A stretch of DNA of 64,000 nt from Narcine bancroftii. Lineage: Eukaryota. Position numbers and translations under genes: made by a program. Shown here piece by piece: positions 58,455 to 64,000 of this stretch; the first letter of the stretch is position 1, and every line of letters begins with the position of its first letter. The notes beneath the pieces were generated by a model. It was not told the origin of the DNA. It ran no database searches and was given only the letters and a program-made list of their open reading frames with translations. Where the stretch lies: positions 34,410,001-34,474,000 of the forward strand of contig NC_091471.1 of assembly GCF_036971445.1 (NCBI RefSeq). Reading direction: 5' to 3'.

Positions 58455-59060
58455 GTAAACCAAGGAAGTCTGTCGACAGCGTGATCGAAATAAAAACACA
58501 ATGCTTGAGAAACTAACCAGGCCAAATAGTGTACTTTATATAGCAGAGATAAGGATATATAACCAATGTTTCAGGCTTGAGCCTTTCATCGATATAGGAG
58601 TAAAATTACCTCCTGTCTGTGGGACTGTGCTCCTCCTCCTCCTCCTGCCCCTCCCCCCACCATTTTGTTCAGGCACCTGTCTACATTTTGCTCACACCTT
58701 GATGAAGGGCTCAAGCCCCGAAACATTGGTTATGTATCCTTATCTTTGCTCTATAAAATCTCACCATCAGACCATCAAACTCCCCAACAGCAAGCTCAAC
58801 CAGGGGCTCATTTAAGAACTCTTATATTTGCACTTCATTGACCTTTTTTCTCTCTGTATTGCACAGTCAGTTTGTTTACATTTTTTAATTTGCTTACATG
58901 TGTACAATTTTTTTTACCAATAAGTGGTAATTCTGCCTGCCCCGCAGGAAACAAAGAATCTCAGGGTTGTATGTGATGTCATGTATGTACCCTGACAATA
59001 AATCTGAAATCTAAACTATACTGTTTGACCTGCTGAAGTTTTCCAGCATTGTGTTTTTAT
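58455..59060. mobile_element. Palindromic Penelope-derived element with a nested Rex1 tail (about 58757-59012)
   Basis: TAAAAACACAATGCTTGAGAAACT pairs with AGTTTTCCAGCATTGTGTTTTTA. Hammerhead-like cores at 58561-58590 (minus) and 58699-58732 (plus). Confidence 0.8.
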
Positions 59061-59984
59061 TAAAACAGTGAATGCCTTTCATAGGCATGTATTAAGATGG
59101 ACAAGGTGTTAATGGAATTGTGGAATCATTGCAGTATGGAAAGAGGCCATTTAGCCCATCATGACTGTGCTGCTCTCTGCAGAATCAATCCAGTCAGTCT
59201 CATTCTCATAGATAGAAATCTATTTTCTCTTCTCAGCATTTGTCCATTCCCTTTTGGAAGCGATGATTAAATCTTCTTCCAGGTTAGAAGTGGTGATAAC
59301 GTCTTGTGTGAGAAAAGTTACCTTGGCTCTTTGGCCAATCACATTTGGAAGTCTACAGAATTTGTTCATGCTATCTCTCTAACAGTGTGCTTGGTCTGCC
59401 CTCAGCCTTCATTTCTTGCCTCTTGCTGGAGACGCCATACTTTCTAATTTCTAAAAAGCAGGGAGGTGTTCTTTTATGTGGAACTCACCATATCATACTG
59501 TTCACATTTATCAATGTGGTATGCTTGGAATATATGGGTGCATTCAGGAGTTATTTCAAGTTATGCCAAGAAACCAGGAAAGACGGCTTCACTGTATGAA
59601 TTTATCAAACACTAGTGCTGTATTTTGGGTTTAAAAATTACCTAAGATACATGCCACACAAGCTAATGTTTAGCTTCTACTTGTAAAGGCTTGGATAAGC
59701 AGGATGACAAGTGCCAGCCAGCATTGGGTTATTGTTAATTGCACTGATCATGTTGGATTCCACATTTAGAAATGCTTGCAAAAGGCAAAAAAAAGTTTGA
59801 AGAATATCCCATTAGTTCAGATTGTGGAAGTCAAGGTCACCCACAAAGTCCATCCACAGCTGCTGTTTACTGACGCCTACTGGAAAGGCTGCTTGAATGG
59901 GCACTGGTGAAGACGGTTTAGAAAACCATTTAAATGCACCCTATCTAACATTGTAAACAAAGAGGGGCCATTCAAATGAGGTAA

Positions 59985-62230
59985 CACCAGAAACCCTGGC
60001 ATATTTCTAGAGAATTGTGGTGGGAAGTATGCTGACCGGCTGCATCATGGTCTGATATGGGAACACCTGAGCGTAAAGCCCTCCAAAAGGTAGTGAACAC
60101 AGCCCAGGACATCACAGACAAAACCCTCCCTACTATTGAGTACATCTACAGGGAACGCCGCCATTGGAGGGCAGCAGCAATCATCAAAGACCCACACCAC
60201 CCAGCATACGCTCTGTTCTCACTGCTTCCATCAGGAAAGAGGTATCGGTGCTATAAGACTCACGCCATCAGGTTCAGGAACAGATGCTACCCTTCTACCA
60301 TCAGACTCCTCAACAATTTCTTTTCCTCAGTATTTACTGAGGAGAAGCTATATTGAACTGTGCAGGGTAAAGGAAACAAAGGGGGTAAATATGGAGACTA
60401 TAGTGTTTAAGAAAGAGGTAGTACTGGAGCTTTTGAAACATATAAAGGTGGATAAGTCTCCAGGTCCTGTCAGGATTTTCCCTAGGACCTTGAAAGAAGT
60501 TAGTGAGGAAATAGCGGAGGCTCTGGCAGTGATTTTTCAAATGTCATTAGAGACGGGTATAGTGCCAGAGGATTGGCGTGTTGCACATGTTGTTCTTTTG
60601 TTTAAAAAGAGTTAAAGGAGCAAGCCTAGCAATTAGTAGCCTGTAAGTTTGACGTCTGTGGTAGATAAATTGATGGAAAGCGTTCTTAGAGATAGTATAT
60701 ATAAGTATCTGGAGTGACAGGGTCTGATCAGGAACACTCTAAACGGATTTGTGCGTGGAAAGTCATGTTTGACCAATCTTGTTGAATTTTTTGAAGAGGT
60801 GACTAGGAATGTTGATGAGGGTAGAGCAGTGGATGTTGTCTATATGGATTTCAGTAAGACCTTCGATAAGGTTCCGCATGGGATGTTAGTTAGGAAGACT
60901 AAGTCCTTGGGTATTAATTTGGAGATATTCAAATGGATTTAACAGTGGCTGGAAGGAAGGTGCCAGAGAGTAGTAGTAGATAATTGTTTGTCAGGATGGA
61001 GGCCGGTGACAAGCGGCGTACCTCAGACTTCGGTATTGGGACCGTTGTTGTTTGTCATATATATTAATGATCTGGAGAATGGGGCGATAAATTGGATTAG
61101 TAAATATTTAGATGATACACATATAGGGGGAATTGTGGATGATGAGGAGAGTTTTCAAAGATTGCAGAGGGATTTAAACTGTTTAGAGGAGTGGGCAGAA
61201 AGATGGCAGATGGAGTTTAATGCTGATAAGTGTGAGGTGCTTCATTTTGGAAAGAATAATCAAAGCAAGACATATGTGGTAAATGGGAGGGCATTGAAGG
61301 ATGCAGTGGGGCAGAAAGATCTAGGAATAACGGTGCATTGTTCCCCGAAGGTAGGAGCGCATGTGGATAGGGTGGTGAAGAAGGCCTTTAGTATGCTTAC
61401 CTATATAAATCAGGGTATAGAATATAGGAGTTGGGAAGTAATGATAAAACAGTACAAGCCATTGGTGAGGCCAAATTTAGAGTACCGTGTGCAGTTCTGG
61501 TCACTTATTTATAGGAAGTATATTAACAAGATAGAGAGAGTGCAGAGAAAATGTTGCCTGGGTTTTAGCATCTGGAATGTAGAAGGCTGAGAGGGGATTT
61601 GATAGAGGTGTTTAAGATAATGAAAGGGATAGATAGAGTTGATGTGGAAAGCTTTTCCCATTGAGAGTAGGAGAGATGGATACAAGAGGTCTTGGGATGT
61701 GAGTTGACGGGCAAAGGTTTAGGAGTAACATGAGGGGGAACTTCTTTATTCAGAGAGTGGTTACTGTGTGGAATGGGTTTCCGGGAAAGGTGGTGGAGGC
61801 AGGGTCAATTTTGTCATTTAAGAAAGAGTTGGATAGGTATATGGATGGGAGGGGGATGGAGGGATATGGACAGTGTGCTGGTAAGTGGGATTAGAGGAGG
61901 GTAGTACTTGGATCAGTGTGGACTAGAGGGCCAAATTGGCCTGTTTCCATGCTGTAATTGTTATATGTTATATAAACTCAATCAGAGACTCATTTAAGGA
62001 CTCTTACTTGTGCATTTTATACTGATTTTCTTTGTTCTCTCTGTATTGCACAGTTTATATTCATTATCTGTTAACAGTTCTTTGTTTGTTTACCTATTTA
62101 TGCTGTGTACAGTTTATTTTTTGCACAACCTATTCGTGGTAATTCTGCCACGCCTGCAGGAAAAAAGAATCTCAGGGTTGTATGTGATGTCATGTATGTA
62201 TGTACTGTGACAATAAATCTGAAATCTGAA
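59985..62230 (+). mobile_element. Rex1/Babar fragment split by a CR1 insertion
   Basis: ERKALQKVVNTAQDI..IIKDPHHPAYALFSLLPSGKRYR runs to 60318 and resumes at about 61973 (AAACTCAATCAG), ending in a (TCTGAAA)n tail. Confidence 0.9.
60319..61972 (+). mobile_element. CR1 LINE, 5'-truncated, RT domain and tail
   Basis: KSPGPV, PEDWRVAHVV, KSCLTNLVEFFEEVT, DFSKTFDKVPH, VTSGVPQTSVLGPLLF and SKYLDD motifs, then a (TGTTATA)n tail. Confidence 0.95.
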
Positions 62231-63530
62231 CGTTTCCAGAGCTTGTGGAAATGTTACCCAGTGAACACCGACTGAGTGGCAATGAATCCATTCACCGAAG
62301 TCAGCATTACAGAATTAGAGGAGCTTATTCTGGAGTGGTGAGTTTCCCTGGGATCACCAGTATTCACCCGCGCCCTCCCCCCCCACCCCCCAACCCCACC
62401 ATAAGCATGATTATTCCAACCCATAATTCTTTCTTCTTCTTATCTCAGTTCCATTTAAAAATTAGCCATATGGCTCGAGAAGTTACAATTATATGATGTT
62501 GTTTTACATTAATTGCCAACCAACATTTTAAATTCACATTAGCTATTAAACTAATCCACTCGACTAGAACACTTAAGAGGCTCTGAAACTCTTTAGATAC
62601 AAAAGTTTGTTTAGATTAGGAGTGCTTTTCGCCTGGGTTTGTTAATTGGTAATAATCTCATGCTGTGAATCCTGGGGGATTGGATCTTTGTCAATAAAGA
62701 TCATATTACATCCAATAAGATAGTTTTTAAACAAAAATCCTGCATAATTTATAATGCAGTTGTGAAACCGTGCAGAAGGTATTTCAAATATCTGCTGTGG
62801 GAAGCTTTCGTAGTAGGAGTTTTAGATAAGACTTGTCTGACAGAAATGGCTCTAGAGAAAGGATCACTGAGGATTAAACATTATTTCGGAGTGTTTGAAT
62901 GGACGATTCCTGGAAGAGAGTTCTTGTCAATCCTTACTTCATTGCCAGATCTCTGCTCTTAAGTAATCTGTAGTGGAGCTCACTGCAGGAAATCCCAGGA
63001 CAAAGAATCATGTCACTGACCTCAAGTATAGGTGCCGTGGTAGAAGGCTGCGGAAGAGATAAAGGAGCCCTGAGAGCGACAAGACAGGCCACTGAAATGA
63101 GCAGATGGCCCAAACAAGGGAAGACAAATGTGCCTCTTGCCGAGTGAGACAGGGGACTCTCCTGACTCTATGGAAACAGAGACAAGACACAGCAATGGAA
63201 GACTGTGTGGCTTCTTTGCAGAAATGCAAAGGTCGAGTTTCATATGCAGCTGAAGAATCTTTGATGTGCAGATTGGGATTGTTTATTCTCTGAATTAATG
63301 CCAACTGGAGCACCCAGGGTTTTGTTTTCTTTAATGACAAGAGAGCAAAGTCAGCCCTGGATATATCCTGTGTTTTGCTCATCGGGTCCCTTGGATCAAA
63401 AGTAAAAGGGTCATCCCATTTCCATCTAACCTCTTCATCAGCCCATTGGGTCTTGATCCCACATTACATCCAGTTGTCCATGAATTCTGCCTGATTGCTT
63501 GAGCTGCTTTCAGTTGCATTTCAAAAGCAC

Positions 63531-63875
63531 TTCAGAATCAGAATTTATTGTCATGAACAAGCCACGAAAATTTGTTTCGCAGCAAACATTCATATAAACC
63601 ACCATACAAAATAAATAAAAATAGTGCAAGATAAAGAAAAAGACGAGTAAGATAATGTCTTTGGAATCTGATGACAGTGGGGAAGAAGCTGACCTTGTGC
63701 TTGTCTTCAGGCTCCTGTACCTTTTTTCCCCCGATGGTAGCTGAGTAAAGAGGATATGGCCTGGGTGGTGGGGGTCCTTGGCACATCGTCTCATGTAGAT
63801 GCCCTCGCTGGGGTGAGTTAACGACTCTAGTTTTTTCCAATCATGTACGTTGGCATCTCCGTACCAGTTAGGTAA
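63531..63875 (-). mobile_element. Rex1/Babar LINE 3' fragment
   Basis: KDPHHPGHILFTQLPSGEKRYRSLKT, with tail AATAAATTCTGATTCTGA. Confidence 0.85.
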
Positions 63876-64000
63876 GTATTGTATTGTATCTTCAGTAAGA
63901 TGAAGGCGCTGCCAGGGCCGCTGTAGCGGCAGCGCTGCCACTAAGGCGGACCCTTGGGGAGCGAGGAAGCGGAGGTACAGTGCTCCCGCGGGGTCTATCC

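Noticed and set aside
63008-63382. 124-aa and overlapping short ORFs in unique sequence
   Set aside because: No domain similarity or splice structure recognised. The lengths are compatible with chance.

Overview
This is eukaryotic, repeat-rich vertebrate DNA, most likely from a cartilaginous fish (shark or ray). That inference rests on HE1/V-SINE-type SINEs with CR1 tails, abundant CR1 and Rex1 LINEs, and Penelope remnants. I found no intact host protein-coding exon, no RNA gene and no CRISPR array. Almost every ORF in the supplied track is a transposon fragment or a repeat artefact. Main contents: (1) nested retroelements, including CR1, Rex1/Babar, a young RTE, a decayed 3'-truncated L1, a two-LTR Gypsy element on the minus strand (30541-34975) and solo LTRs; (2) Tigger/pogo-type and hAT MITEs; (3) an intronless, stop-interrupted MROH/maestro HEAT-repeat pseudogene fragment (about 7.7-8.7 kb); (4) three minisatellites with 37, 27 and 28 bp units; (5) a CpG island at about 48.4-51 kb that looks like the promoter and non-coding first exon of an unidentified plus-strand gene; (6) several TE-free blocks resembling developmental enhancers. 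The most unusual observations are recurring palindromic Penelope-derived elements with hammerhead-ribozyme-like cores on both arms, several locally templated insertions and inversions, a multi-family chimeric retro-insertion, and a self-priming signature in the Gypsy element. All family assignments come from motif recognition by eye, not database searches, and TE boundaries are approximate unless a TSD is quoted.
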